The notes under the pieces: generated by a model
The model's database searches: none
Seen by the model: only the letters and a program-made list of their open reading frames with translations
Told to the model about the DNA's origin: nothing
Program-made: the position numbers and the translations under genes
Assembly (NCBI GenBank): GCA_037969295.1
Contig: JBBKXD010000087.1
Span: 918-64,917, forward strand
Direction of reading: 5' to 3'
Origin: Pyrinomonadaceae bacterium
Lineage (GTDB): Bacteria; Acidobacteriota; Blastocatellia; Pyrinomonadales; Pyrinomonadaceae
Length of the DNA stretch: 64,000 nt
Part shown: positions 10,501 to 19,710 of the stretch, in pieces
Position numbering within the stretch: position 1 is the first letter of the stretch
Layout of the letters: every line of letters begins with the position of its first letter

Positions 10501-13203
10501 GTCATTTAAGAGATTAATGAATTGCAGCTTTATACTCTGCCGTATGCCGACTGTCGTTTCTACTACAGGCGCGGAGGCAATCTGCAAGTAAAGCGGGGCG
10601 GTCAATACAATAAAAGCAAAAAGCGTTGAAATCAAAGGAGAAAGCGGCAGAATGGTCCACGCAAAAACGAGCCATAACAGGATCGAAACGGCAACCAGGC
10701 TTCGGCGCAGATTTTCCCGAATTTTCCAACGGGCCAACATTGGAAGACGGTTTCTCACGGTTCGGCCTTCGGCGTCCTGAACAAAAGGGAAAAGCCAACG
10801 CATTATCTGCCAATCGCCACGAGTCCAGCGGTGCCGTCTTTGCGAAAAAGAATAATATCCTGACGGATAATCGTCATAAAAGACAATGTCGGAAACGAGT
10901 GCGACACGGGCGCATAGTCCTTCAAAAAGGTCATGGCTTAAGAGTTTGTTTTCGGGAATCCGATGGTCCAGGGCGGCTTCGAAAGCGTCAACATCGTACA
11001 GACCTTTGCCGACGTAGTTGCCTTCACCGAACAGATCCTGATAAACGTCTGAAACGGCGGTTGTATAAGGATCGAAACCTTTTCCGGCGGAGAATATCCG
11101 GGCAAACGGCGAACAAGCCGCACTCGTCAAACTGATTTCTATGCGCGGCTGCAAAATTCCATAGCCTGCTATTAGGCAACCTGCTTTTTCATCGAAAATG
11201 GGCCGGTTCAAAGGATGCTCGATCGTCCCGATGAGTTTATGTGCCGCATCTCGTGGTAATTGCGTATCGGCATCGAGCGTTATTACATAGCGGATCGTTT
11301 TCAAGAATTCAAAGTCGGGGCTATCGGTCAAATCGAAGCTCGTTTCGGTCGCACCGCGGAGAAGTTGATTAAATTCGTGCAAATTACCACGCTTGCGTTC
11401 GCGGCAGATCCAGGCATTTTCGCCATCATTCCATTGACGATGGCGTGAGAAAAACAAAAATCGCCCTTTTTCTATCGAATCATATTTCTTATTCAATTCC
11501 GCACAAATTTCCGTAGCTGCCTGTCGCAGTATTTTATCTTCAGGGGTTATCTCGCTTTTTGCATCAGTCAGATCGCCTAGCATCGCAAAATAGACCTGTC
11601 CGTCTCGGTTAGCGAGATGATAGATTTCGAGACGTTCAAAAAGCTCCTCTATAGTTGCCTTATTGGTCAGTAAAGTAGGAATGACGACGATCGTTCGCGC
11701 CTTTTCAGGTATTCCCTTTCTGAAATCCATTTTAGGAAGCAGACGCGGCTTGAGTAGAACCGTTATGGTCCAGTTGACGATCGTTATGGCCAGTTCGCCT
11801 GCGGGTGTAATCGAAAGCAGCAAGACCAGTATGAAAACTAATATGGAATAGCTGGCTGAGTTAACGGCGGCATAGGTGATGCCTACGGCGAACAAACCGG
11901 TTAGCACTCCAATTGCCGCTAAATAAACAGGCGTTGGATACAAACGAACGAACCTTCCGGAATATTCGCTGAAACTCAACCAATACGAGAAAGATTTTTC
12001 CAGTTCTGACAATCCTTCATCCGTATGCAGAAAGTACCCGACGTGCCTATGCCGGAAGTTTTCAATTTCGGTTTTCCCATTGTCGGTCATCGTTTGTCCG
12101 GCAATTTCGACAGCGCGGCGCGCAATGTCAATCTCTCCGGCGCGAGTTTTCTTTGCAATTCGCTCTATCTGATGGCGATATTGATCGCGCGTTGCAAAAT
12201 CCATTAGCGCATAATCGCCAGCCGGGTCATTTTGCAGAATACGGTCAACGAGACTGGTCTTCTCGAAAAACTCCTGCCAATCGAGCGTCGACAGAAGACG
12301 CATACTCGTGATTATGTTGGCGACAGAAATCTGTGCAGTGGCTTGTCGGTTATGTTCAAGATGGGCGAGATGCTCAATCGTCTCCCCCCTGCGGCGCAAG
12401 ACAGTTTCAATTTTGTCCAGAGCAAAAGTCATCAGACGATTGCCTTCGCGGAGACGGGCGGTGAGCTGTGCAATAAATGTTGCCGACGCTTCCTGTTCAA
12501 AATTTCGATTATCAAAAGTAGTTGAGATCAACTGTAGGGACTCTACCGAAAGATCTTCGGATGTGTCTTCCGCCAGGCGGTCGGCAAATTTATCCGCTGT
12601 TGCGCGGTCGGAGCGGGCCTTCACGATCTTGTCGGCATAGCGGCGCAGATTTTCAATCAGACCGAGCCGTAAGGTAATCGGGAAGGCCCACAATTCACCC
12701 ATATTCAATGGCGAAATGCGTTGATAGGACTCAATGAAGGCGTGAAGGCTTCGAGACTCAAAATTATTGTCAGTGTGGGCGATTATCTCGATCGCCAGTT
12801 GAAAAATACGTGGGTAATTCTTAAATTCGCCGGTTTCGAGTTTTGGGAGTTCACGGTAAAAGCTGCCAGGTAAATCCTGACGCACCTCGCGAAGTTGTTC
12901 TTCAACAATGTGAAAATTATCGACGAACCACTCGGCGGCCGGTGTAACCGAGTCGCCTTTTTCCGCTGCTTCGGTCAGAACTTTGTAGTCCGCGACGAGC
13001 TGCGTGTGATTTTCGCCGAGCCGGGCGAGCATATTTCGCCCTGGCCGGATCGTTTTCGAAACTTCGTGTGATACAGCAATTTCCTCAGCCCGTTTTTCGA
13101 GCTGTTCGATACTTAATAATTCCCCGCGAATCGGCAGTTCATCGTCAAACTTCGGAATTTGCCGCGCACGACCGTTTGTTTTTGATCTCCGAGAATCAAG
13201 CAT
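4564..13203 (-). CDS. cgs: cyclic beta-1,2-glucan synthase (Cgs/ChvB/NdvB type: membrane glycosyltransferase plus C-terminal GH94 phosphorylase-like domain)
   Basis: A single 2879-aa ORF. It has N-terminal TM segments, a GT domain (LDADTQLPRD, QRRHRWTRGDWQ) and a long C-terminal GH94-like region (WYTGSASWMY, GGQYTHAA). Size and architecture are diagnostic. Confidence 0.88.
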   Translation of the reverse strand: MLDSRRSKTNGRARQIPKFDDELPIRGELLSIEQLEKRAEEIAVSHEVSKTIRPGRNMLARLGENHTQLVADYKVLTEAAEKGDSVTPAAEWFVDNFHIVEEQLREVRQDLPGSFYRELPKLETGEFKNYPRIFQLAIEIIAHTDNNFESRSLHAFIESYQRISPLNMGELWAFPITLRLGLIENLRRYADKIVKARSDRATADKFADRLAEDTSEDLSVESLQLISTTFDNRNFEQEASATFIAQLTARLREGNRLMTFALDKIETVLRRRGETIEHLAHLEHNRQATAQISVANIITSMRLLSTLDWQEFFEKTSLVDRILQNDPAGDYALMDFATRDQYRHQIERIAKKTRAGEIDIARRAVEIAGQTMTDNGKTEIENFRHRHVGYFLHTDEGLSELEKSFSYWLSFSEYSGRFVRLYPTPVYLAAIGVLTGLFAVGITYAAVNSASYSILVFILVLLLSITPAGELAITIVNWTITVLLKPRLLPKMDFRKGIPEKARTIVVIPTLLTNKATIEELFERLEIYHLANRDGQVYFAMLGDLTDAKSEITPEDKILRQAATEICAELNKKYDSIEKGRFLFFSRHRQWNDGENAWICRERKRGNLHEFNQLLRGATETSFDLTDSPDFEFLKTIRYVITLDADTQLPRDAAHKLIGTIEHPLNRPIFDEKAGCLIAGYGILQPRIEISLTSAACSPFARIFSAGKGFDPYTTAVSDVYQDLFGEGNYVGKGLYDVDAFEAALDHRIPENKLLSHDLFEGLCARVALVSDIVFYDDYPSGYYSFSQRRHRWTRGDWQIMRWLFPFVQDAEGRTVRNRLPMLARWKIRENLRRSLVAVSILLWLVFAWTILPLSPLISTLFAFIVLTAPLYLQIASAPVVETTVGIRQSIKLQFINLLNDIKLSAIQLLLRVTFLAHEAYTMTDAIVRVFYRKFISGKNLLEWVTAAQSDEADRKDLYGYYRFMLFAPVSAAFIFGVVTYLYPHHLVYAAPFLILWFFSPLVAFWLSRMAVERQAASELDQKDVEWLRLIARRTWRFFETFVGESDHWLPPDNFQQEPTPITAHRTSPTNIGLLLLSTLAARDFGFLGTLETIERIELTCTTLERLPRFRGHFYNWYDTQTLEPLKPGYISTVDSGNLVGSLIAVAEGCQEFANFPLFDQRTRNGLQDTLAFLKTEGESLTGIFPLFLQLVKEIETAERVLRNAEPKTARAWKSLFNALENSGKSIRKIIEQSANGEEQLSELEFWTTSFLRLTSNYSRDLDMLMPVDYGPETIAQTKEIQRNFRVRIESIAGLCRGLANETEFGFLYDEERKVLTIGYRPDEGVRDNSFYDLLASEARLASFIAIASGDVEREHWFRLGRGLVRTNGSRALVSWSGTMFEYLMPLLLMRDYKNTLLSETYRTIVARQIQYGEENKLPWGVSESAYNVRDLQLNYQYGPFGVPGLGLKRGLAEDLVISPYATALALTLVPSAAATNLRRLQNEGMLGPFGFYEAVDYTKERLPPNQKYALIESYMAHHQGMTLVALDNLLNNEVMVNRFHHAPVVESAELLLQERIPRLQAEAKKPRAAAVSSGRRSPASVAPAPRRYTSAEQFAPPVCLLSNGNYTAMLTTAGSGYSRVGTRSVTRWREDTIRDDWGQFFYLRDLRSGAVWSGGFQPVLRQPHEYEAVFTESKAEFRRRDAGILTHIEIIVATEDDAELRRITLTNESTRIRHIEVTSYGEIVLNEQAADEAHPAFTNLFVETEYDAERRTIFARRRPRSTEDKAFWLAHTVAVEGEIAGGVSFETDRLRFIGRGRTTNDPIATNSQENLSGVVGATLDPIFALRAHVSISPNRSVSLIFSTSAADSREQVVASVDKYCHLECFERAEKLAWTRSQVELRHLGISRNEANLFQRLAGHLIYTNPLMRPLESVLRLNRGTPQTLWKYGISGDLPIMIVRVNLCNGWENSVSQILRAHEYLRSKGMIFDLVIFNDQPTSYAQGIKEDLLNLIRRSAAHSLIDARGGVFIRRSEEMPEEDRITLHAAAQICFVVERGSLEEQLGRRVEQTELPPNLIPREASRSYERLPQHGPELTFPNDFGGFSEDGREYAICLNDKNPNTPAPWTNVVANENGFGFIAAESGIGIVWSNNSHENRLTPWTNDAVVNQPSECVYLRDEATGSFWTPTALPVRENSEYKIRHGRGYTIYENSSHGIKQELLVFAAVDSSIKISRLRVQNLTNRHRELSATFYCDLVLGVERAKSAPFIITEIDSVTGAIFARNPNNTEFSDRVAFIATDSLSRTWTCDRREFLGRNGNLARPAAMFRENLSGSSGAGLNPCAAVQSKFELEPNETREIIFLLGEEDKKAAARESILHFRQHSSVATEYGKLVENWNNTLDVVNVKTPDKKLDLLINHWLVYQTLSCRFWARTSVYQSSGAYGFRDQLQDAMTLVYSRPDLARRHLIRAASRQFKEGDVQHWWHEPSGAGTRTRISDNLLWLVLVTNFYVDKTGDAGVLDENIPFLDAPVLTEGEMEVYMRPVVSDETASLFEHCIRAVERSLTTGNHGLPLIGAGDWSDGLNRVGTKGKGESVWMGWFLAKILNDFAPVCERRGERQKARKYRAHAKLLTKNLEANAWDGSWYLRAFFDDGTPLGSHKNDECKIDSIAQSWSLIAGLGDPKRQKQAVESAEEHLIKKDENLALLLTPPFEAGELEPGYIKGYPPGIRENGGQYTHAACWMIIAYALLGEGEKAYELFSMMNPINHTLTGEAINRYRTEPYVVAADIYSHPQHIGRGGWTWYTGSASWMYRAVLESMLGFHLQGDTLKIEPCIPRSWQEFQIYYRYGKTLYQISVENPSGVCRGVVEVSLDGKISSTKEIPLIDDEQTHQVIIVLGEIKKV

Positions 13204-13214
13204 TACTCAAGCGA

Positions 13215-14144
13215 CTAATTCTGATGTCGAACAATCTCGACGGTGCAGTGGGCTCGGGCAACGATCGCCGTAGCGACGCTGCCAAGCAGAAGATCTTCAT
13301 AGAAATTTCCCGTATCGTTTGAGCCAATGAAAATACAGTCCGCCCCCCATTCTTCTGCCGCCCTACAGATAAGTTGTTTTGGGTCGCCTTCCTCGACGAT
13401 TTGACTAACATTAAGATCGGATTGTCTCAAAAGTTCCTTAGCCTCCTCGATAAACGCATTGATCCAGGCATCGGTCTTTTCCGATCCGTCGCTTTTTTGC
13501 CGCTTAACACGAGATGGGTCTTTAGCCGTCACCAGCCTCACTTCGCTGCCCATCAGCCACATTCTCCGTCCAATTTCTTCGATCGCGGATTGAGCGGCGC
13601 GTGTTCCATCCAACCCGACTAAAATTCTCGTCGGCGCTCCTTTCTTCCATGAATTACCCCGCACGACGCGCACCGAACATCGTGCTTCATTAGCGATTTT
13701 TTGCGAAACCGAACCAAGGGAAAATTGTCTGGTGCCGGCATTTCCTTGCGAACCGACAACGATTAGATTTGCGTCCCATTCGTTGGCCTTCCGCAGAATT
13801 TCGTATGACGGAGACCCCTGTAAAAAAAGCGTGTCGATGTTCCAATCGGGAAAATATGATGCGAGTCTTTTACTCGCTTTGCCTAGCCGAGGTGATTCGG
13901 CTTGGATTATTTGAATTTCGGGTTCTTCCTTAGCCCGTGCGGGTTTTGTCGCACTTGGTTCAGATGAAGTAAACACTTCGTCGACAATTTCATAGCTCGA
14001 AGGCGGAGACAGCCATCGTTCCTGCACATTGACAATTAAGGCTTCCGCGTTGCGCGAAAGTCCGGCTCTCGGCAGATCGTTAAGGGCGGCGGCCGCAAAG
14101 TCTGAACCGTCGTAGGCTATCAAGATTCTTGTCTTTGCAATCAT
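13215..14144 (-). CDS. universal stress protein, tandem UspA domains
   Basis: Two USP halves: ILIAYDGS...LIVVGSQG...VRVVR and ILVGLDG...IFIGSND...LGSVATAIVARAHCTVEIVR. Its stop is 11 nt before the cgs start, so the two are probably co-transcribed. Confidence 0.85.
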   Translation of the reverse strand: MIAKTRILIAYDGSDFAAAALNDLPRAGLSRNAEALIVNVQERWLSPPSSYEIVDEVFTSSEPSATKPARAKEEPEIQIIQAESPRLGKASKRLASYFPDWNIDTLFLQGSPSYEILRKANEWDANLIVVGSQGNAGTRQFSLGSVSQKIANEARCSVRVVRGNSWKKGAPTRILVGLDGTRAAQSAIEEIGRRMWLMGSEVRLVTAKDPSRVKRQKSDGSEKTDAWINAFIEEAKELLRQSDLNVSQIVEEGDPKQLICRAAEEWGADCIFIGSNDTGNFYEDLLLGSVATAIVARAHCTVEIVRHQN

Positions 14145-14227
14145 TATAGACTCCTTGGAAATAGGTCCTATTGCATTTGAAATGCTAACAAAAACCGAAA
14201 GTTAATGTTTCTAACGATTAAATCGAA

Positions 14228-14243
14228 TGCAATTGCTATACCC
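14228..14243 (-). promoter_or_regulatory. weak sigma54-type -24/-12 candidate upstream of the USP-cgs operon
   Basis: The minus strand reads GGGTAT-AGCAA-TTGCA (GG-N10-GC spacing is correct and the -12 TTGCA is exact, but the -24 is imperfect). Confidence 0.3.
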
Positions 14244-14439
14244 GCGCGTCAGACGTGAACAAGATTCCATCAAAGTGTCAATTCAGTCTGATTTATGAAT
14301 TGCCGTAGGCTCAAGAAACAGCAGAGTGGGTGGTTTTGCCTAATAGAGTGTGGAAAAACACTTAATTCTTGTTCGTCAGACCCCCGGTTGGCAATGAATT
14401 CTTCGGTTCCCTTTTGCGGGGACTCTTTCTGGAACTGCT

Positions 14440-14472
14440 TGCTAACAAACACCCAATATCTGCTAACAAACA
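14440..14472 (+). repeat. two exact 12-nt direct repeats (tgctaacaaaca) spaced 21 bp apart in the divergent control region
   Basis: Copies at 14440-14451 and 14461-14472. The related caaacaccc occurs at 14447-14455 and 14507-14515. Confidence 0.7.
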
Positions 14473-14809
14473 GGCGGGTTAAGCACCCATTAAGGATGGA
14501 CCTTACCAAACACCCGTAACTACATGAAAACACAAGCCTTTCTATTTTGAACGCGAAAGGAATGATTATTGCCAATATATTTTCCTTTTAAGTCGAAGGA
14601 TAGGTATTTTAGCGCCTCGAGCCATGGCAGAATGCGTTAAGGCAATTTTCCTAAAGTACTTGCTGCAGCCGGCTTGACTTGTTACCTGCTCATAGGTTGG
14701 ACAATAACAAGTTGACTGTCTGGAACTCTCGAATTGTTATTTGCTGGAGTTTCTATTTTTCATTTCGGTAAAGGTAACCAGGCTCGAAATTTTGCCTAGT
14801 AGATAAAGA

Positions 14810-16219
14810 GTGGCGAAAAACAAAATCTTGGTCGTAGATGACGAGCAGAATAATCGTTGGTCGCTAGGCGAAGCTTTGCGTGGTTGGGGTTATGAAGTTG
14901 CGGAAGCATCTACGGTTGCCGAGGCCCTTTCCGCCTACGACCGGAATCAGCCCTCAGCTGTTCTTCTTGATATCAATTTGCCCGACGGGTCCGGTCTTGA
15001 CGTTCTAGGCGAAATAAGGCGAAAGTCTCCTAATACGATTGTGATCATGATAACGGGCCGCGTTTTGGCTGATGAAGCGATCACGGCCTTACGTAACGGA
15101 GCTTATGATTTTATAGGCAAGCCGGTTGATTTAGACGAACTGGAAATAACCATTCGCAACGGTCTGGAAACCCGATCTTTGAGGCAAGAAATCACTCAGG
15201 TTAGAAGCGAGCGGGCGAGTCGTTTCAATTTCGAACAAATTATCGGCGAATCCGACGCCATCCGGGAAATTCTGGATCTTGCCCGCAAAGTGGCGGAGAG
15301 CGACGTCGCATCCGTGTTGCTCCAAGGCGAATCAGGGACCGGTAAAGACCTTCTGGCAAAAGCAATTCATTACGGATCAGGTCGCGCCGCCGCCCCGTTT
15401 GTGGCAATCAACTGTGCCGCGATCCCGGCTCAATTGATTGAATCCGAACTTTTCGGTTACGAAAAGGGCGCGTTCACAGACGCGAAACAGCGCAAGCAAG
15501 GACTTTTTGAGCAAGCCGAAGGCGGCACGCTCTTTCTCGATGAAATCGGCGAAGTTGAAATCGCATTGCAGGCAAAACTGCTTCGCGTTTTAGAAGAAGG
15601 CGTATTTCGGCGCGTCGGGGGCTTGAAGGATATTCCGCTTGATGTGCGCGTGATAGCGGCGTCGAACCGTGATTTGCGAACCGAAAGCGAAGCGGGGCGG
15701 TTCCGGCTTGATTTGTATTACCGCTTGTCGGTGATTCAGCTTGACCTTCCGCCACTTAGGGAAAGAGGCAACGATGTTTTGCTCCTCGCCGAGCATTTCG
15801 TTAAATACTTGAAGGAGCGTTTGCGACGAATGATTGACGGGTTCACCCCGGAAGTGGCGGAGATTTTGCTCCGATATGAATGGCGCGGCAACGTCCGCGA
15901 GCTTCGCAATGTCATCGAACGAGCAATGATATTGGAGGACGGTGGCAAAATAACCACTAAATACTTGCCGCCCAATTTGACGGAAACAGAGATCCAGGCA
16001 TTTGGGCCAGGCTCCTCTGAACTGAAGATCAAAGATGGTGTTTTGCATTTGCCATTGCAGGACTTATCGCTCAAAAGCCTCGAGGATTCGCTAGTGCAAT
16101 GGGCATTGACGAAAAGCGGCGGCAACAAATCGCAAGCAGCCCGATCTTTGGGAATAACCCGTGATCAAATGGTTTACCGCTTGAAGGCGATAGGCGACAC
16201 ACAGAAAAGTAGTGAGTAA
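14810..16219 (+). CDS. sigma54-dependent response regulator (REC - AAA+ - Fis-type HTH; NtrC family bEBP)
   Basis: Receiver domain (VVDDE...[11 protein letters not shown]), Walker A GESGTGKD, Walker B LFLDEIGE, a GAFTGA-loop variant [15 protein letters not shown], and C-terminal [25 protein letters not shown]. Confidence 0.9.
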   Translation: MAKNKILVVDDEQNNRWSLGEALRGWGYEVAEASTVAEALSAYDRNQPSAVLLDINLPDGSGLDVLGEIRRKSPNTIVIMITGRVLADEAITALRNGAYDFIGKPVDLDELEITIRNGLETRSLRQEITQVRSERASRFNFEQIIGESDAIREILDLARKVAESDVASVLLQGESGTGKDLLAKAIHYGSGRAAAPFVAINCAAIPAQLIESELFGYEKGAFTDAKQRKQGLFEQAEGGTLFLDEIGEVEIALQAKLLRVLEEGVFRRVGGLKDIPLDVRVIAASNRDLRTESEAGRFRLDLYYRLSVIQLDLPPLRERGNDVLLLAEHFVKYLKERLRRMIDGFTPEVAEILLRYEWRGNVRELRNVIERAMILEDGGKITTKYLPPNLTETEIQAFGPGSSELKIKDGVLHLPLQDLSLKSLEDSLVQWALTKSGGNKSQAARSLGITRDQMVYRLKAIGDTQKSSE

Positions 16220-18149
16220 GAGTTCCGAAACAACAACGCTCAATGATTATGGACTGCCAGACGACGAATGGCGGCGCATCCTTAAAGAATTAGCGGATTT
16301 AAAGTTTGCACTCGACGAATCAGCGATCGTAGCTATAACCGACCAGACCGGCAAAATCACTTACGTTAACGATAAATTCTGCGAAATCTCAAAATACAGC
16401 CAACAAGAGCTTATCGGGCAGGACCACCGAATCATCAGTTCCGCTTATCACCCGAAGGAATTCATACGGGAGCTTTGGACGACGATTGCAAATGGCAAAA
16501 CGTGGCACGGAGAGTTAAAGAATCGCGCCAAAGACGGAACGTACTATTGGGTGGACACGACGATTGTCCCGTTCCTTGACGGGCGCAAGAAGCCTTACCA
16601 ATACGTGGCCATCCGCTACGACATCAGCGATCGCAAATTGGGCGAAGAAAAAATCCGGGAGCAAGCCGCGCTTCTCGACATTGCCCAGGACGCTACTTTT
16701 GTCCGCCGGGATTCCGGCGAAATTACTTACTGGAACAAAAGTGCGGAAATCCTCTACGGCTGGTTAGCGGGCGACGTTATTGGCAAAAACATCGACGAGC
16801 AGTTGTTTGGCGAATCCGTGAAACTCGACGAAATTTTGGGAGTCGCACTAGAAAAAAAAGCGTGGCGTGGCGAAATACGGCAATTCACGAAAGATGGCAA
16901 GATCCTTCTCGTCGAAAGTAAGTGGACGCCGGGCCACTTTGATCTTGGTAAGGCCCATTCATTTCTAGTTACTAACACCGATATTACCGAAAAGAAACAG
17001 CTTGAGGCACAATTCTTAAGAGCTCAACGGATGGAATCAATCGGGGCTTTGGCGGCCGGCATCGCCCACGATCTCAACAACGTCCTTTCGCCGATGCTCA
17101 TGTCTGTACAGTTCCTAAAGCGCAAACATTCAGATGAAGAAAGCCAAAAATGGCTGGGCGCCTTACGCGAGAATGCCGAGCGTGGTGCGAGTCTGATCAA
17201 ACAACTGCTTACATTTGCGAGAGGCACGGAGAGTGACAAACTGCCGCTTCAACCGCACCATCTTATCAAAGAAGTAATCAGGATATTGCGCGAGACATTA
17301 CCAAAATCAATCAACATCAGATTTTTTATTCCCGACAGTTTGTGGACGATCGCAGCCGATCCGACGCAAATGCATCAGGTTTTGATGAACCTTTCGGTCA
17401 ACGCGAGAGACGCGATGCGGCAAGGCGGAACGCTCACGCTAGAAGCTGAAAATGTTGCTCTTGACGCAAACTACGTGTCAACGCATCATGATGCTCGAAC
17501 CGGTCAATTCGTTGTGATAACCATTGGAGACACGGGCGAAGGCATAGTACCGGAAAATCTGGACAAGATCTTTGATCCTTTTTTTACTACCAAAGGAATC
17601 GGAAAAGGTACTGGTTTAGGCCTTTCAACGGTCGCTGGAATCATTAAAGGTCATGCCGGATTTATCGACGTTTACAGCGAGCCGGGGAAAGGGTCGCGCT
17701 TTGATGTTTATTTCCCCGCAATCGCAGCAATAGAAACGCAAGACACCGAAATTGTTAATGCTGAAATTCCAAAAGGCAGCGGCGAATATATTCTGGTAGT
17801 GGATGACGAAGAATTGATCAGGGATGTTTCACGAATCACGCTCGAACAATTTAACTACAGCGTACTGACCGCCGCGAACGGTGCGGAAGCGCTCGACATT
17901 TATCACACCCGGCAAAATGAGATCGCCGTCGTCATTACTGATAGCCTGATGCCCGTTATGGACGGAGAAGCACTTATCAGCGCTCTTTCGAAAATTAATC
18001 CTCAGATAAAAATCGTACACACGAGCGGTTTGCTGGAGATAAACAAACCGGATCTACCTCGTCCCTATGCGGTCGAGACATATCTCTCAAAACCTTTCAG
18101 CGCCGAAAAACTGCTTGAAACGGTTGCGAGGGTTCTTGGTAAGATCTGA
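16212..18149 (+). CDS. PAS-domain hybrid sensor histidine kinase with C-terminal receiver
   Basis: Two PAS-like segments, H-box [12 protein letters not shown], HATPase N/G boxes ([16 protein letters not shown]), then a REC domain (ILVVDDEE...[12 protein letters not shown]). It overlaps the bEBP stop. Confidence 0.9.
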   Translation: MSKSSETTTLNDYGLPDDEWRRILKELADLKFALDESAIVAITDQTGKITYVNDKFCEISKYSQQELIGQDHRIISSAYHPKEFIRELWTTIANGKTWHGELKNRAKDGTYYWVDTTIVPFLDGRKKPYQYVAIRYDISDRKLGEEKIREQAALLDIAQDATFVRRDSGEITYWNKSAEILYGWLAGDVIGKNIDEQLFGESVKLDEILGVALEKKAWRGEIRQFTKDGKILLVESKWTPGHFDLGKAHSFLVTNTDITEKKQLEAQFLRAQRMESIGALAAGIAHDLNNVLSPMLMSVQFLKRKHSDEESQKWLGALRENAERGASLIKQLLTFARGTESDKLPLQPHHLIKEVIRILRETLPKSINIRFFIPDSLWTIAADPTQMHQVLMNLSVNARDAMRQGGTLTLEAENVALDANYVSTHHDARTGQFVVITIGDTGEGIVPENLDKIFDPFFTTKGIGKGTGLGLSTVAGIIKGHAGFIDVYSEPGKGSRFDVYFPAIAAIETQDTEIVNAEIPKGSGEYILVVDDEELIRDVSRITLEQFNYSVLTAANGAEALDIYHTRQNEIAVVITDSLMPVMDGEALISALSKINPQIKIVHTSGLLEINKPDLPRPYAVETYLSKPFSAEKLLETVARVLGKI

Positions 18150-18201
18150 TATTCGCTTATTTTGTGATCTTGGAAACTCCACATCCCGTTCGGTCATTAT
18201 A

Positions 18202-18217
18202 TGGCACGAGCTTTGCA
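18202..18217 (+). promoter_or_regulatory. sigma54 (-24/-12) promoter, exact consensus
   Basis: TGGCAC-GAGCT-TTGCA, 40 nt upstream of the MerR-family gene start at 18257. Confidence 0.75.
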
Positions 18218-18256
18218 GTAAGCAGACTAGGGAGAGATGACAAATGTATGACCTAA

Positions 18257-18694
18257 ATGAAACATAATATTAATCCGGTAAATTCGATGACGGCGCAAAT
18301 CCTTGCAGATTACAGCGGCGTTACCGTAGAAATCGTCAGGTATTACACCCGGCGCGGTTTGCTCAAGCCGGTGCGTAACCGCCGAAATAACTACAATTCA
18401 TATCCGGAGTCGAATGCGGCCCGCCTTAGGTTCATTCGCCGGGCGAAAAACCTGGGTTACAAGCTTAGCGAAATTGCCGAGATTTTCGAGCAAAGCGATC
18501 GCGGTGATTCCCCGTGCCCACTAGCGCGTGAGATTATCGAGCGTCGTATCGTCGACAACCGAAAAAAAGTTGATGAAATGTTGCAATTACAATCGAGGAT
18601 CGAAGCGGCCTCGGCACACTGGGCAACGCTTCCGGACAAAGTCCCAGACGGAAACACGGTTTGTCATCTGATCGAATCAACGGGCGAAATTTGA
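18257..18694 (+). CDS. MerR-family transcriptional regulator
   Basis: N-terminal wHTH (ILADYSGVTVEIVRYYTRRGLL) and a coiled-coil dimerisation helix preceded by the SPCP motif. The ligand is unknown. Confidence 0.85.
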   Translation: MKHNINPVNSMTAQILADYSGVTVEIVRYYTRRGLLKPVRNRRNNYNSYPESNAARLRFIRRAKNLGYKLSEIAEIFEQSDRGDSPCPLAREIIERRIVDNRKKVDEMLQLQSRIEAASAHWATLPDKVPDGNTVCHLIESTGEI

Positions 18695-18793
18695 ATTGTC
18701 GGCCGGGTTCACCGCTTGGCGGCAAATTGGGCAAACGAGTCTGTCCTGATCTGTTGAAACCAAATTACCTGTTGATTATTGTCCTGAGAATTT

Positions 18794-19609
18794 ATGTACC
18801 CAGAACTTTTTCGTATTGGCAATTTTCCGATAGGCACCTACGGTGTCCTGCTAGTTATTGGTTTGCTTCTTGGTCTATTTGTCTCGTCACGGCGAGCGGC
18901 CCGCGATGGAATCTTAGGCGGGCGAATCTACGATCTAGGCGTATGGACGATTGTCGGCGGGCTGGTTGGCGCGAAAATCCTAATGCTATTGACCGAAGAT
19001 AATGTGCAGATTTTTTCGCTTGATTTTTTGCGTTCCGGCGGTGTCTATTATGGCGGTCTATTGGGCGGATTCGCCGCACTCGTTTTATTGGTCCGCTGGT
19101 ATCAACTTCCCTTCTTGAAGGTCGCCGACGCGTTCGCTCCGGGCGTTGCTCTTGGGCAGGCAATCGGACGATTAGGTTGCTTTGCCGCCGGCGATGATTG
19201 GGGAAAACCGACAAACCTTCCGTGGGGCGTACATTTTACGGAGCTAGCACACCAAAATCAAGGCGTTCCAATTTACAACCCAGACGGTTCCAATTTGTAT
19301 TTGCATCCGACACAGTTATACGAATCGTTTGCGATGTTTGTCGTTTTCGGCTTGCTGATTTACCTCCACCGGCGCAAAGCATTCGACGGACAGATTCTCG
19401 CGACCTATACGGTCATATACGCGATCGTGCGCTTTTCGATTGAATTTTTTCGAGACGACCCGCGTGGCGACCTTTTCGGACTGACGACTTTGACTGGTTT
19501 TTCTACTTCTCAGTTGATCAGCTCACTGGTAGCTGTTAGCGCAGTAGTATTTGTGATTATACGTTTTGGAAAAAGAAAGTTTTTAGCGACGCGAGACAAT
19601 ACCGTTTGA
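18794..19609 (+). CDS. lgt: prolipoprotein diacylglyceryl transferase
   Basis: Multi-TM protein with GRLGCFAAGDDWGKPT and HPTQLYES motifs typical of Lgt. Confidence 0.85.
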   Translation: MYPELFRIGNFPIGTYGVLLVIGLLLGLFVSSRRAARDGILGGRIYDLGVWTIVGGLVGAKILMLLTEDNVQIFSLDFLRSGGVYYGGLLGGFAALVLLVRWYQLPFLKVADAFAPGVALGQAIGRLGCFAAGDDWGKPTNLPWGVHFTELAHQNQGVPIYNPDGSNLYLHPTQLYESFAMFVVFGLLIYLHRRKAFDGQILATYTVIYAIVRFSIEFFRDDPRGDLFGLTTLTGFSTSQLISSLVAVSAVVFVIIRFGKRKFLATRDNTV

Positions 19610-19710
19610 TACCTCTTCGGGTTGCGTCTTTTCCCCGACTCGCTCGGTCATTTCACCTACAATACTCACTCCTACTTCTCAAGAATCGCCTAGACAAGCC
19701 GGTCTAAGGG

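Noticed and set aside
14780-14796. AGGCTC-N-TTTGC sigma54-like site just upstream of the bEBP gene
   Set aside because: The GG to GC spacing is 11 rather than 10 nt and the -24 hexamer is poor, so it was not counted as a promoter.
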